DNA of 64,000 nt from IMG/VR virus record IMGVR_UViG_3300023179_000016, positions 1 to 64,000 of that record; one strand, written 5' to 3'. A program made the translations under genes and the position numbers. The DNA comes from a virus. The number at the start of each line of letters is the position of its first letter. Within the stretch, counting starts at the first letter, position 1. Of the stretch, positions 1 to 11,400 are shown piece by piece. The notes under the pieces were generated by a model. The model was not told where the DNA came from. It worked only from the letters and a program-made list of their open reading frames with translations, and did no database searches.

Positions 1-127
1 TCCTCGATACTCTTAAAGAACTTGCAGATGCGCTTGGCTCTGATCCAAACTTTGCTACCAGCGTAGCCAATAATATTGGTACTGCTAAGCAAGAAGCTAA
101 AGACTATGCTGATGGTCAGGTTGATGC
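1..127 (+). repeat. Exact intragenic direct repeat of 880-1006
   Basis: 1-127 is identical to 880-1006 (offset 879). Confidence 0.95.
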
Positions 128-1271
128 TGAAAAAGTTCGTGCAATGGCTGCTGAAGGCGTTCTTCAGGGCAATATTGATTCTGAACAGACTGCTCGCATT
201 GCTGGCGATAATGCCCTTGATGCTCGTCTTGACGTGCTTGAAGGTGATGAGAACACAGCTGGTTCAGTAGCTAAAGCTCTTAAAGATGCTAAAGCTTACA
301 CTGACCAAGAAGTTTCTTCTGAAGAATCTGCTCGTATTGCTGGCGATAATGCCCTTGATAGCCGTCTTGACGTGCTTGAAGGTGATGAGAACACAGCTGG
401 TTCAGTAGCTAAAGCTCTTAAAGATGCTAAAGCTTACACTGACCAAGAAGTTTCTTCTGAAGAATCTGCTCGTATTGCTGGCGATAATGCCCTTGATGCT
501 CGTCTTGACGTGCTTGAGGCAGATCCAGTCACTAAAACTTATGTTGATAATAAGGTTATAGATCTTACTTCTTCTATAAGCGATGTTGATGCATATGCTC
601 AAGATATACGTGGCGATCTAGATCAAGAAATACTTGATAGAGCTGCAGACGTAAATGCTGAAGAGTCCCGTGCAATGGCTGCTGAAGGCGTTCTTCAGGG
701 CAATATTGATGCTGAAGAATCTGCTCGTGTTGCTGCTGTTTCTGCCGAGGCTCTTGCTCGCTCTACTGAAGATGCTTCTATCCGTTCTGATTTTGCTGCG
801 CAAGATGCTGCAAAGCTTGCAGAAGCTAAAGCTTATACTGACAGTGAAATCGCTGATCTTGTCAATAGTGCACCAGCTGTCCTCGATACTCTTAAAGAAC
901 TTGCAGATGCGCTTGGCTCTGATCCAAACTTTGCTACCAGCGTAGCCAATAATATTGGTACTGCTAAGCAAGAAGCTAAAGACTATGCTGATGGTCAGGT
1001 TGATGCATTAGGCGACAGATTCATGGTTCAGTATAAAGTACTTGAAGATGGCGACATTACTGCAGAAGAATATGCCCTAACCTATAAAGGTTTTGCTAAT
1101 TCTATGGTTGTATCTATCGACAGACTCATGCTTCTTCCTGGAATCGACTATGATATAGTCGTTGAGAACAGTGTTTCTGTTATTAAGTTTACTTCTTCTT
1201 TAATGAGCAGCGATGAAGCACCTCAAAAAGATGATGTTTTAGTTGTTCGTTATCTCAAAGACGTTCGATAA
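3..1271 (+). CDS. Tail fibre protein, 5'-truncated by the window edge (coiled-coil repeats)
   Basis: Frame is open from position 3. Contains the phage tail-fibre motif APAVLDTLKELADALGSDPNFATSV twice and EESARIAGD-type repeats. Confidence 0.8.
   Translation, partial: LDTLKELADALGSDPNFATSVANNIGTAKQEAKDYADGQVDAEKVRAMAAEGVLQGNIDSEQTARIAGDNALDARLDVLEGDENTAGSVAKALKDAKAYTDQEVSSEESARIAGDNALDSRLDVLEGDENTAGSVAKALKDAKAYTDQEVSSEESARIAGDNALDARLDVLEADPVTKTYVDNKVIDLTSSISDVDAYAQDIRGDLDQEILDRAADVNAEESRAMAAEGVLQGNIDAEESARVAAVSAEALARSTEDASIRSDFAAQDAAKLAEAKAYTDSEIADLVNSAPAVLDTLKELADALGSDPNFATSVANNIGTAKQEAKDYADGQVDALGDRFMVQYKVLEDGDITAEEYALTYKGFANSMVVSIDRLMLLPGIDYDIVVENSVSVIKFTSSLMSSDEAPQKDDVLVVRYLKDVR
191..517 (+). 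repeat. 138-bp (46-aa) tandem repeat, about 2.3 copies
   Basis: ARIAGDNALD(A/S)RLDVLE units start at about 191, 329 and 467. Confidence 0.9.
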
Positions 1272-1288
1272 TATCTCAATTAGTTGAT

Positions 1289-1329
1289 GAATAGACGAGA
1301 AGACGGCTATATGCTCTTCTCGTCTATTC
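1289..1329 (+). terminator. 15-bp perfect stem-loop after the tail fibre gene
   Basis: GAATAGACGAGAAGA / TCTTCTCGTCTATTC; no clear U-tract. Confidence 0.6.
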
Positions 1330-1433
1330 GCAACACAATATTTAATTTAATTTTTAATATTTATCTTAACAGATAAGATTACGGTTCATATCAGAATCGG
1401 TTAACTACGGCTAATGCCGGTAAAGGAAAAAAC

Positions 1434-3584
1434 ATGGCAACATTAATGGTTCGTAAAGACGGAACAGGTCAATATACTCAAATCATGGCCGCTATCTATG
1501 CAGCGACCAACGGCGATGTAATCAACATCGGTCCTGGCACTTATAAAGAAAACATAGAATTTTTAGGCAAGAGTCTTACTCTTCAAGGCGCTGGAAAAGA
1601 TCTTACAATTGTAGAGGGTAAGGCAGCTAATGATACTTTAGTTGGAACTTGGTTTGCTGGCGATCAAACAATTACGCTTGCAAATTCGACTAATGCAGTT
1701 GTTGGAAAAGCTATTTCTGGAACAGGTATCACTGCTGGAACTAGAATTGCATCAATAAGCGGAAATCAAATGATGCTTAGTTTGGCGTCTCCAACCTCAG
1801 GAAACTTTTCTAAGAACGTTATCACTTATCAGACTGTTCAATTTTCTGCTGCTCCCACTACCGGTGTTTTTAAATTAGCTTACGGAGCGACTTCAACTGT
1901 AAATATTGCCTATAACGCAACTGTATCAACTATTCAAACCGCTTTAAGAGCAATTTCAGGTCTTGGATCTGTAACCGTTTCAGGTTCTTTTTCGGCTGGA
2001 TTTACAGTGGCTATGGTTGGCGTTACTTCTCCGGTTAATGTCCTTACATCCAATAGCAATACTACTGGCAAAACTATCACTATTTCAAAGACCGGTGCAG
2101 TTACTGCAGGTTCTAGTATCGTGATACTTCCAGATACAACTTCAGTTGCAGTTGGTCAAAAAGTTGACGGTGTTGGTGTAAATGCAACTGTATCTGCTTG
2201 GAATTCGACTACACGCACTATGACCTTAAGTTCTCCAGCCACCGCAAGCAACGACAACGTCACCCTGTACTTTAGACTTGCTAGATCTGGGATAAGCATT
2301 ACGCAGGCAAACAACCCAGCGTCTGTTCCTGCGACAATAGCCATGGCTAATACAAGCGACGGTATGGTGATTAAAGATCTTTGCGTTATCGGCTTTGATT
2401 GGACTTCACCTGGTACAGAAGCCGCTGCCATATCATTTGTAACCGCCAGCGGTCTTGCCCCTGGACACAAAAATTTCATGATTGACGGTTGTAAAATAGT
2501 TGCAAACGGCGATGCTGCGATAATGTCTTCTGCAAATCCATATTTAGATGGTGGAGTAATTCAAAATTGTCTATTTGAAGGCAAGACATTCGCAGGCTCT
2601 GAACCAGCAGATGTGCCGGCATTTTCTACTTTTACTGTCAATGCTGTCATTAAATCTATAGGTGCATCGTCGACAATTGAAGTTTCTAGCACTAAAGGAA
2701 TAGTTGTCGGATCTACAATGCAATCGCCATCTGGCGCTTGGGCATCTAGCGCAACAGTTCAAGCCATAAATGGAAACATACTCACTATCAATAAATTGGT
2801 TTCTGGTCAAGTGAACGATACTATTTCTGCGACCGTATCTAACGTAGCATATGTAGTACCAAACGTAGCAAGAAATCTAGTTTATATAGGTCAAAACGTT
2901 GTCGGCTGTGCGGCTAAAAATATTACTTTTAAAAATAACGTAATAAATGCTCAAACTGGCGCGTATATTGCATCAAGTGACAACAAAAATATGTTTAATT
3001 CTGTTGTTACTATGGAAGTCATAAACGGTGTATGCGAAGGTAACATTATTCTTGCTACATCGATGGTCGGTGTTGGGGCTGGTTTCTCAAACTATCTATT
3101 TAGAAATCGTCAGGCTGGCGCTGTAATTCAATACAATGTTGACTACACCAATGGTCAGTCGTTGTTGAGTGTTTATGCACCAAACGGTTCTGCTAAAGAG
3201 AATATTAAACCTAGCGGTTCATTAGTGTCTCAATCCCAGTCTGCAAATTCTGCTCCAGAGGTTCAAATGAGCGCTGGCGATGTCAATATTTTAAGCGGCA
3301 TATTGAACCATCCAACGTTTAAAGATCAAACCGCATGGAAGATGGTTGCCTTTATTTACAAGCACGAATCTTCGGCTAAACGTTTAGTCGGAGCATTTAA
3401 AGATTTTACCGCCGGTAAAAAAGCAAAAATGCGCAAGAGAAGCGGAATATCGATTGGTCAAAAATATGAATTACATAAAATAATAGTATCAGATGAATCT
3501 AGAAATCTTGCTGTAATTAAGCGCAGCGAAATAGCATCTGCTTCGAATTATGATTTTACATTGTCGTCGGACTGGGAAAATTAA
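1434..3584 (+). CDS. Tailspike / pectin-lyase-fold (beta-helix) virion protein, putative depolymerase
   Basis: N-terminus VRKDGTGQYTQIMAAIYAATNGDVINIGPGTYKENI is the typical pectinesterase/beta-helix start; T/S/G/V-rich; SD AAGGA upstream. Confidence 0.65.
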   Translation: MATLMVRKDGTGQYTQIMAAIYAATNGDVINIGPGTYKENIEFLGKSLTLQGAGKDLTIVEGKAANDTLVGTWFAGDQTITLANSTNAVVGKAISGTGITAGTRIASISGNQMMLSLASPTSGNFSKNVITYQTVQFSAAPTTGVFKLAYGATSTVNIAYNATVSTIQTALRAISGLGSVTVSGSFSAGFTVAMVGVTSPVNVLTSNSNTTGKTITISKTGAVTAGSSIVILPDTTSVAVGQKVDGVGVNATVSAWNSTTRTMTLSSPATASNDNVTLYFRLARSGISITQANNPASVPATIAMANTSDGMVIKDLCVIGFDWTSPGTEAAAISFVTASGLAPGHKNFMIDGCKIVANGDAAIMSSANPYLDGGVIQNCLFEGKTFAGSEPADVPAFSTFTVNAVIKSIGASSTIEVSSTKGIVVGSTMQSPSGAWASSATVQAINGNILTINKLVSGQVNDTISATVSNVAYVVPNVARNLVYIGQNVVGCAAKNITFKNNVINAQTGAYIASSDNKNMFNSVVTMEVINGVCEGNIILATSMVGVGAGFSNYLFRNRQAGAVIQYNVDYTNGQSLLSVYAPNGSAKENIKPSGSLVSQSQSANSAPEVQMSAGDVNILSGILNHPTFKDQTAWKMVAFIYKHESSAKRLVGAFKDFTAGKKAKMRKRSGISIGQKYELHKIIVSDESRNLAVIKRSEIASASNYDFTLSSDWEN

Positions 3585-3637
3585 TCGAACAATATAATAA
3601 TGTTTTATTTACAAGTATAGGATAACAGGAAATTTTT

Positions 3638-6600
3638 ATGTCAGATATTAGAATTAAGAAAAAATTTATAGGTTCAGGAACAGTAGGAACAGAAAAGATA
3701 CTATTAGAAAACGATAGTGCTGTTCGCGCGCGAAATGCCGCAAATGGCGCAGATGTTGATCTATTTAAATTAAACGGTAGTGATAGATTAGAGTTTTTAA
3801 CCATACCTCAAGTACCAGCAGATCCGCAAGATGCAGATGATCTTGCTCGTAAGCAATATGTAGATTCGCTTGTAAGTGGAATAGAATCTATGCGCAGTGA
3901 GGTCATAACCTTATCTGAACAGCAAATAAACAATCAATATATTGATTTAGAATTTAAAATAAATACTGATGGTTTATTTGTTGCCACTGATTCACGAATT
4001 CTATTGTTTAAGAACGTGGACTATTCATTAAGTGAAGTCATGAATTCGAGCGGCGAAACCATAAGTCGTTTAAGTTTTATGGGACCTTCAGCTATTAATG
4101 GAGATACAGAATTAAAAGAAAACGATGTTCTCTACATAAATTATTTTCCAGTAAGCGGAATATCTATTAGTAGTGGGGGCGGAGGCGGAAGCGGTCAAGA
4201 TGGTCGTTCTGTATTGTCTGGTTCTTCAAATCCATCGTCTGGTGCAGGTAATTTAGGTGATTTTTATATTAATACTACTAGTTGGAATATATTTGGGCCT
4301 AAAACACTTTCTGGATGGGGATCTGGCACATCGCTAGTAGGTGCTACTGGCCAACAAGGTCTTATCGGTCCGCAGGGTCCTATCGGTCCACAAGGTCCTG
4401 CTGGCGCAGATGGCGCAGATGGATCTATAGGTCCACAAGGTTTACAGGGTCTTACCGGCCCACAAGGTGCTACTGGTGCTACTGGTGCAACTGGCCCACA
4501 AGGTCCTGCTGGTGCAACTGGTGCAACTGGTGCTACTGGCCCGCAAGGCCCTGCTGGTGCAACTATTATTGAGGGATTTCAATATTATCAAGACGATTTA
4601 CGCTATCCAATGGTTCTTGATGCGGCTAATAAAGTAAGAGTAAATTTAGCACAGGATTATCAATTAAATGATCTTAGGGTAGGAGATAAAATAGTTAGTG
4701 GAAATTGGTGGAGCAATGGTCCAAGCGGTCCTCATATAGCTTCTATAGTTAGAACTGCAAATTATTTAGATATAACTTTTACAGCAGATCTCAAAGACGT
4801 TTTAATTAATAGCGGTTGGGCTATTCAAAGCCTAGTTGTTCTTATGAAAAATTTTGACAACGTATCGCCTCCAGTTGAATACACTGGATCAAACGGCGAT
4901 TACTATTTAGCTAAAATTAGCCCTACAGACGTTCGTTTATATGGCCCTAAAACAGATGGATCTTGGAGTTCTTCTTATGTCCAATTGATTGGTCCTGCTG
5001 GCCCTGCTGGCGCCGATGGTGCTGCTGGTGCTGCTGGTGCTAACGGTGTTGATGGCGCAACGATCATCGCAGGCCTCTACGAATATGATGAGGTGAACGA
5101 CAGAAATATCGTCCCACCTAATCTTGGCAAAGTCGGCGACTATTTTATAGAAAAGACTATTTATCACATCCATGGACCCAAAACTGCGTCAGGCTGGCCT
5201 ATATCCGGTCTCAATATGCAAGGACCTCGAGGTCCAGAAGGTCCTCGTGGTCTTACTGGCTCGCGTGGCGCAACTGGTGCAACTGGCGCAACTGGTGCAA
5301 CTGGTGCAACTGGTGCAACTGGTGCAACTGGTGCTACTGGTCCACAAGGCCCGCAAGGTCCTGCTGGTCAAGCTTTTTCTATAGCTAAAGTGTACGTTTC
5401 ATTGTCTGAATTGTTAGCGGATACTAGTCCATCGGGAATTGTTTCGGGTCAATTTGCTATAATTGACACTGGAAATGCAGAAGACGCAGATAACGCAAAA
5501 CTTTATCTTTGGGATGGATCTTCATATGGTTATATAACAGATTTGAGTGGCGCACAAGGTATGACTGGTCCACAAGGTCCACAAGGTATACAAGGTCCAC
5601 AAGGCGATACCGGTCCACAAGGTCCACAAGGCGATACCGGTCCACAAGGTCCTACTGGCGCAACTGGAGCAACTGGCGCAACTGGAGCAACTGGTCCACA
5701 AGGCCCGCAAGGTCCTCAAGGCTTGAAGGGCGATACTGGCGATCAAGGCCCGCAAGGTCCTCAAGGCTTGAAGGGCGATACTGGCGCGCAAGGCGTGGCT
5801 GGAAATAATGGAGCTGCTGCTAGTATCTCAGTTGGAACCGTCACTACTGGCGCGGCAGGATCATCCGCGACTGTGACCAATGCCGGAACTTCAAGCGCCG
5901 CCGTATTCAATTTCGTAATACCTAAAGGTGATAATGCTGTCATCACTGGCGCTGCCAGCACTATCACAAGCTCTGATCTGACCGTTAATCGCGCGGTGAT
6001 ATCGAACGCTTCAGGAAAAATTGCTGTCTCGGCTGCGACTGATACCGAATTGGGCTATCTTTCGGGAGTTACTAGCTCAATTCAAAATCAATTCACAACA
6101 AAAGCAAATCTTGCTGGCGGGAACAATTTTGCCGGAAAACAAATAACTACGGCTAACGCATCTGAAGCAGGATTGATGATTGGTTCAACCGCGAGCGATC
6201 CTAGCTTACTGGCTAATGGGGATATTTGGTACAACTCGGCAACTAACGAGTTAAAGCATCGGCAAAATGGCGTTTCAATTCCAAATCGTAATCTGCTCGG
6301 AGTTAGAGTCTTATCTACGGTCGGAGTCGGGACCTATACGCCTACCCCCGGAACGAAATATGCAGATATCACCTTGATTGGGGGCGGTGGAGGCGGCGGT
6401 GGAGTTACCGGCGCAACATCGAGCGTGGGTGTCGGAGGCGGCGGTATGTCGGGAAATATCATACGACTTTATTTGACCGTTACTTTGGCAAGTTATTCAA
6501 TCAGCATCGGAGCTGGAGGAGCGGGCGGAATAGGAGGGAATTCGGGTGACACAGGCGGCACAACTTGGATTAACACTGGCAGCGCAATTAACTGCTTTGG

Positions 6601-6934
6601 CGGGATTGGCGGACTTGTCGGCGCTGCTGGAACTACAGTCGCTTTTGTGGCCGGTGGAAGCACTGCCACCGCGCCGCCTACGGCGGGATTTATCAACGTA
6701 AGAGGTACTCCCGGAAGTGTAGGCATACGCCTCAGCGGGACAGTGGGACGACCGGGTGCAGGCGCAAGTTCTCCATTTGGCGCGGGAGGTGCCTCAGTCG
6801 GAGTGAACGGTTCCGGCGAGAACGGTACGGGCTACGGCGCTGGAGGGAGCGGCGCATTGAGCACTCAGGCGACCGGCACCTTTAACGGCGGCAGCGGTAG
6901 CCAAGGCGCGATCATCATTTTCGAGTACGCATAG
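3638..6934 (+). CDS. Collagen-like (GXY) tail fibre with C-terminal glycine-rich domain
   Basis: Long GPQ/GAT triplet runs, repeated GxxGDFY...GPKT..GW modules, Gly-rich C-terminus ending [12 protein letters not shown]. Confidence 0.85.
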   Translation: MSDIRIKKKFIGSGTVGTEKILLENDSAVRARNAANGADVDLFKLNGSDRLEFLTIPQVPADPQDADDLARKQYVDSLVSGIESMRSEVITLSEQQINNQYIDLEFKINTDGLFVATDSRILLFKNVDYSLSEVMNSSGETISRLSFMGPSAINGDTELKENDVLYINYFPVSGISISSGGGGGSGQDGRSVLSGSSNPSSGAGNLGDFYINTTSWNIFGPKTLSGWGSGTSLVGATGQQGLIGPQGPIGPQGPAGADGADGSIGPQGLQGLTGPQGATGATGATGPQGPAGATGATGATGPQGPAGATIIEGFQYYQDDLRYPMVLDAANKVRVNLAQDYQLNDLRVGDKIVSGNWWSNGPSGPHIASIVRTANYLDITFTADLKDVLINSGWAIQSLVVLMKNFDNVSPPVEYTGSNGDYYLAKISPTDVRLYGPKTDGSWSSSYVQLIGPAGPAGADGAAGAAGANGVDGATIIAGLYEYDEVNDRNIVPPNLGKVGDYFIEKTIYHIHGPKTASGWPISGLNMQGPRGPEGPRGLTGSRGATGATGATGATGATGATGATGATGPQGPQGPAGQAFSIAKVYVSLSELLADTSPSGIVSGQFAIIDTGNAEDADNAKLYLWDGSSYGYITDLSGAQGMTGPQGPQGIQGPQGDTGPQGPQGDTGPQGPTGATGATGATGATGPQGPQGPQGLKGDTGDQGPQGPQGLKGDTGAQGVAGNNGAAASISVGTVTTGAAGSSATVTNAGTSSAAVFNFVIPKGDNAVITGAASTITSSDLTVNRAVISNASGKIAVSAATDTELGYLSGVTSSIQNQFTTKANLAGGNNFAGKQITTANASEAGLMIGSTASDPSLLANGDIWYNSATNELKHRQNGVSIPNRNLLGVRVLSTVGVGTYTPTPGTKYADITLIGGGGGGGGVTGATSSVGVGGGGMSGNIIRLYLTVTLASYSISIGAGGAGGIGGNSGDTGGTTWINTGSAINCFGGIGGLVGAAGTTVAFVAGGSTATAPPTAGFINVRGTPGSVGIRLSGTVGRPGAGASSPFGAGGASVGVNGSGENGTGYGAGGSGALSTQATGTFNGGSGSQGAIIIFEYA

Positions 6935-6965
6935 TTTTATTGAGTTTTCTTCAATATATCCGTAA

Positions 6966-7064
6966 GATAGGATACGCGACGGGGGCAGTCTCGCCTCAGC
7001 GCTTGACTACAGCGCGATCAGCGACAACGTGGACAACCTTGAGTTCGTTCAGGTGTACTCGTAA
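6966..7064 (+). pseudogene. Orphan GC3-rich 3' gene fragment (DRIRDGGSLASALDYSAISDNVDNLEFVQVYS*)
   Basis: Startless frame with GC-ending codons between the tail fibre stop and the terminator. Confidence 0.3.
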
Positions 7065-7072
7065 TATGCGCG

Positions 7073-7113
7073 GAGTGGCTTGGGTAGGTTATTTAAACCT
7101 GCTTGAGCCACTC
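7073..7113 (+). terminator. Long hairpin ending the tail fibre unit
   Basis: GAGTGGCTTGGGTAGGTT pairs with AACCTGCTTGAGCCACTC (G-U allowed). Confidence 0.55.
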
Positions 7114-7323
7114 TAATAGCTGAAATAATTATTGTCAAACTAATTATATTGTGATAAATAAAGTATTAGAATCAACAGATTAGTTGATTTAAATTCAAAC
7201 AGAGCTTTATATATTATATTTATGCAAGTATCGTAGATGGCGGGAAAATCAGTAGAGCAATTAGTAAAATATATGAGTCATATAATAATATGATATAATA
7301 TATAAATTATATTATAGTAAATT

Positions 7324-7695
7324 ATGTCTATAAGTCGTACTAATTTTGATATCGATCAGGGTTCAGATTTCATATTAAATATGGCCCTTCTAGACTCTGA
7401 AAATAACCCAATTGATTTGACAGGCGCTGAAATATTAGGTCATATCAGAAAGACTGCATCTAGCGATAAGATCGAGACCGAATTCGACTTTGTCCCTGTT
7501 AATCTAGCAAATGGCGAATTTATAATAAGATTACCTGCCGCTAAGACTTCTTTATTAAAGATCATGCCTTCTTTTGCTGCAGAAAGAACTATTACGCAAT
7601 ATGCGTACGATATAAAAATAGCCTATCCAGATGGCGCCATAAATAGAATCCTCACCGGCATCATCAATATATCACCCGAAGTTACTAGAGAATAA
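7324..7695 (+). CDS. Baseplate / tail-fibre adaptor-like virion protein
   Basis: DQGSDF...PIDLTG...YDI...G.I.ISPEVTR pattern common in phage tail adaptor proteins; TGATATAAT at 7291. Confidence 0.55.
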   Translation: MSISRTNFDIDQGSDFILNMALLDSENNPIDLTGAEILGHIRKTASSDKIETEFDFVPVNLANGEFIIRLPAAKTSLLKIMPSFAAERTITQYAYDIKIAYPDGAINRILTGIINISPEVTRE

Positions 7696-7696
7696 G

Positions 7697-8053
7697 ATGG
7701 CAACAACTATAGTTAAAACTATCGTAATAAGGGAACAGTCTACTCCGATAAAGACTATAGTTGTTAATCGGGGACCTAGAGGTCTTTCTGGTACATCTCA
7801 AGAATACGCTATAGTAACACAGACATTTAATTTAAGTAATCAAAACATATTAGATAAAAAAGTAATTCTTAGTTCTGCGCCGGTCAATGAAGATATAACA
7901 TTAACTGTCGATGGAGCGGGCGCTGCCTCTATAATAAATACTGATTTCGCCCTAATAAATAATAGAGAGATATCTTGGGCAGGTCTTCGTCTAGAGTTTA
8001 TATTGGACAATAGCGACACCGTATATATAAGTTATCGCACAAGAACATCTTAA
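7697..8053 (+). CDS. Small virion structural protein
   Basis: GPRG motif; C-terminal beta domain resembles domains in ORFs 3-1271 and 3638-6934. Confidence 0.5.
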   Translation: MATTIVKTIVIREQSTPIKTIVVNRGPRGLSGTSQEYAIVTQTFNLSNQNILDKKVILSSAPVNEDITLTVDGAGAASIINTDFALINNREISWAGLRLEFILDNSDTVYISYRTRTS

Positions 8054-8103
8054 TCGTGATATAATATTTATTCTTGCAAATGGTTGTGAGAATACGGTAA
8101 GGT

Positions 8104-11100
8104 GTGGTAATGTTAGAAAAACGTCTGATTGCGGTTTCTCCGCAATCGTTTATTGCTGACGGTGGCAGCGATGGTTTAATCAGTGTTAATGACACTAGTT
8201 TATTTAAAGTAAAACAAGAAGTTATAATTACAGCTACTTCTTTGCCAACTTTAGATCAAATAGAAATAAAAAGAATCATAAATTCTAATGTCATGTTTGT
8301 GGGTCCTAAAGGCGGAAACATAGATTCTAGAATTAATGTAAGCGCATATACATTAATTTTATCAGCTAAAATATCTGCTAACGAGCAAAAAAGACCATCA
8401 ATACCGTTTGAAGAATACACTAGGGCCGTCTATGACGAAGAGCCTATTGTAGCCGATAGAGTTGTTTCAGTCGACAAACATGGTCAATACTATACTGTTG
8501 ATAACCCTCTCCCCGTACAGCTATCCGACGGGTCTTTAAACATCGGCACGGTAAATGCAGAGTTAGAGGTACAACTAAGTCACAAGGATGGTTATCCTAA
8601 TACTGGCGATGTAGCCGATTCTGTAAGAATAGGTGACGGTACAGAAACATTAGCTATAAACGCAGATGGATCTATTAATGCCAATGCAACTGTAACTGCA
8701 AATAACTTAGATATTAGAGATTTAACATTTGCAACTGATAAAGTTGATGTATCTGGCTCAAATGTTAATGCAACTGTAACTGCAAATAACTTAGATATTA
8801 GAGATTTAACATTTGCAACTGATAAAGTTGATGTGTCTGGCTCAAATGTTAATGCAACTGTAACTGCAAATAACTTAGATATTAGAGATTTAAATCATAC
8901 TCAAGATTCTATAAAAATCGGAGATGGAATAGATTTTCTAGCGATTAATTCTGATGGTTCAATAAACACAAATACTGAGATTAGCGCTACAGACGGGGAC
9001 AATATTGGACTACAGGTTCAGCAGAGAAATTTAACGCCAGACGATACAAAATATAATAAAAAAGTCACTGCTGTTACAGGCTCTGGCACATACGGCGATA
9101 CAACATCGCTTGATGTATCGCTTCACGATCAAAATGGTAATGCCTATACGACATTAAATCCACTGCCGGTGAACTCAACCGCAATACTAAATAAACTAAG
9201 CGCACCATTAGATTTTTTTGGTAATCAATCTGTATCAATTAGAACAAATCAAATCGAGGTCCAATTAGATGACATTAATTGGACTAATTTTATAGATGCT
9301 ATAAATGTAAGTACGGGTTCAGCATCGCAAGCTAATGGTCAAGTTACACTTACTACTGGCACTAATGCTAATGGTCGCTATGCGATAATCAGTAAGGACT
9401 TTGTTAAATATAGACCAAATTCAGAAGTTGGATGGGGCTTTACGTGGGCATTTCCTACTGTGTCAATAATCGGTGTAACTTTGAGAATCGGCGCCACCGA
9501 CGACGCGACTACTTGGGCCAATAGTGTTTTCTTCTCGCATGAGGATGGAATCTTTTCGTTGAAATATAGTCGTAACGGTACTATTATATTCAGTGCGCAG
9601 CGATCTTCATGGCTAGATCCGTGCAATGGTGCTGCAGGCAGCGCATATGTAGATTTTGCAGGTAATCCGGTCGTAATGGATATATCTAAAGATCAACTTT
9701 CTCGTATTAGAGCTGGTCTATTTGGTCATGCTGGTTTTATTGTTGAGATACTTGCTCCAAACCAGACATGGGTAACCATTTACAGACACACAAATATCAA
9801 CGATGCCTCGGTTCCAGTATTCTCTAACTTTGATCTTAAGGTTGCAGCTGAAGTTAAAAAAGTGGCAGCAGGTTCTGGTGTATATACTCTTTCTAGTGCA
9901 TGTTGGGCTGGTTGGGCAGGATCTCAGTTGATTAGGCTGTCTGATCCTATCTCAGATAGATCACTTACTCAGATTACAAGAACTATAATTGAAGGTAAAT
10001 CTAGTTCTGGCGGCGGCACATTTATTCCGGTTAAGGTAAATCCTTCTGGATCGTTAGAAGTGTCTCTTGGCGATATTGCCGGCGTTACCGGCCAAGACAC
10101 AATGGCTAATTCTTTGCCGGTCACTATAGCTTCAGATCAGACACCGGTAGATGCCGGTGTGGTTCTAGGCGATCAATATACTCCAAACATACCTGACACC
10201 GGGACAACTCAAACTAGGCTATTAACCGATCCCGATAATCAACTAAAGATTCGTGGAAATATGTTGACAGACGAAGGAACGTACAGAGACGATTTTTCTG
10301 GTATATCGCTTTCACCCGATTGGGTAGTTTCTACCAATGGTTCTGCATCGTATTCCGTCGGATCTTCTCTATTAACGTTATCTTCAGGCGTTACATCTGG
10401 TAATAGAGTTACTGCTGTCTACGCCGGTGATTATGGTCCAATAAGTCTTAGAACAAATTTTAGCATTTCCAATAGATCTGCAAATCAGGTTGTAACTGTA
10501 GGTTTTCAAGATTCTGGGGCAGGTGCGTATTTTGAATTTACAGGTACAAATAATACTCAATTAAGATGTATTACTCAATCTTCCACGGATCCCACCGATT
10601 TTCAAATCACTGCTATTAATTATTTTAATGGCTCCAACAGCAGTCAAAGTCATGAATATTACATAGAAGTTCAACCAGATCAGGTTAGTTTCTTATTGGA
10701 CCAGCAGTTAATAGCTCAACATAGGTTGCATTTACCCGGACCATATGATGTGGTTGATTTAAATTTAGAGGTGTTAAATACAGGCGCCGCAACAAACACG
10801 AATATAGTGTTTGATTATATTTATTTGATAAACCAAGATTCGATACAAATAAATAACTCGTTCGATGGAGATTCTTTACCGATAAGACAAAAGACAGGGT
10901 TTATATCAACATACGCTGCAGCTACAGCAAATTTTACGTATGCAGCTAATGGTACTGATATTTTTACTATAACCGGTAGTAATTCAAAAGTAGTTAAAAT
11001 AAAACATATATCTGTAGATGGTACTCAAACTGCTACCGCAACTAGAACCGTAAGTTTAATAAAAAGATCTAGTCAAAATGTAGGTGGAACTTTTACCAAT

Positions 11101-11394
11101 TTAACAGCCGTACCGTATGACTCCTTCAATGAATCTGCTACAGCCACTGTGCGATATTATACGGCAAATCCAACTACGTTAGGTACTACAGTAGGAGCAT
11201 TGCATACCGAAAAATTAATAATTCCCTCTACTGGCGCTACAGTAGAAGACTCATTGGTTTGGTCTACTATAGAGGCAACCACCATGCAAGACATAACTCT
11301 TCGTTCTTCTAATGAAGTTCTTGCCTTGAATTTTGGTGGGGTTACTTCAGCTGGAAATCTAATGAACGTAGATGTTGTTTGGACCGAGGAGTAA
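8104..11394 (+). CDS. Large beta-rich virion / receptor-binding protein (lectin-like domains likely)
   Basis: 1096 aa, T/S/N-rich, repeated IGDG...LAINxDGSIN; TGATATAAT at 8057. Confidence 0.6.
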   Translation: MVMLEKRLIAVSPQSFIADGGSDGLISVNDTSLFKVKQEVIITATSLPTLDQIEIKRIINSNVMFVGPKGGNIDSRINVSAYTLILSAKISANEQKRPSIPFEEYTRAVYDEEPIVADRVVSVDKHGQYYTVDNPLPVQLSDGSLNIGTVNAELEVQLSHKDGYPNTGDVADSVRIGDGTETLAINADGSINANATVTANNLDIRDLTFATDKVDVSGSNVNATVTANNLDIRDLTFATDKVDVSGSNVNATVTANNLDIRDLNHTQDSIKIGDGIDFLAINSDGSINTNTEISATDGDNIGLQVQQRNLTPDDTKYNKKVTAVTGSGTYGDTTSLDVSLHDQNGNAYTTLNPLPVNSTAILNKLSAPLDFFGNQSVSIRTNQIEVQLDDINWTNFIDAINVSTGSASQANGQVTLTTGTNANGRYAIISKDFVKYRPNSEVGWGFTWAFPTVSIIGVTLRIGATDDATTWANSVFFSHEDGIFSLKYSRNGTIIFSAQRSSWLDPCNGAAGSAYVDFAGNPVVMDISKDQLSRIRAGLFGHAGFIVEILAPNQTWVTIYRHTNINDASVPVFSNFDLKVAAEVKKVAAGSGVYTLSSACWAGWAGSQLIRLSDPISDRSLTQITRTIIEGKSSSGGGTFIPVKVNPSGSLEVSLGDIAGVTGQDTMANSLPVTIASDQTPVDAGVVLGDQYTPNIPDTGTTQTRLLTDPDNQLKIRGNMLTDEGTYRDDFSGISLSPDWVVSTNGSASYSVGSSLLTLSSGVTSGNRVTAVYAGDYGPISLRTNFSISNRSANQVVTVGFQDSGAGAYFEFTGTNNTQLRCITQSSTDPTDFQITAINYFNGSNSSQSHEYYIEVQPDQVSFLLDQQLIAQHRLHLPGPYDVVDLNLEVLNTGAATNTNIVFDYIYLINQDSIQINNSFDGDSLPIRQKTGFISTYAAATANFTYAANGTDIFTITGSNSKVVKIKHISVDGTQTATATRTVSLIKRSSQNVGGTFTNLTAVPYDSFNESATATVRYYTANPTTLGTTVGALHTEKLIIPSTGATVEDSLVWSTIEATTMQDITLRSSNEVLALNFGGVTSAGNLMNVDVVWTEE
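8683..8893 (+). repeat. 84-bp (28-aa) tandem repeat, about 2.5 copies
   Basis: NATVTANNLDIRDLTFATDKVDVSGSNV starts at 8683, 8767 and 8851. Confidence 0.9.
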
Positions 11395-11400
11395 TCATTT

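Noticed and set aside
1-1006. Diversity-generating retroelement template/variable repeat pair
   Set aside because: The two copies are identical with no adenine-specific mismatches, both are in-frame in one gene, and no reverse transcriptase is seen.
4315-5967. Alternative-frame ORFs with WCNWCY/TSCTSC repeats
   Set aside because: Frame artefacts of the collagen GXY repeats.
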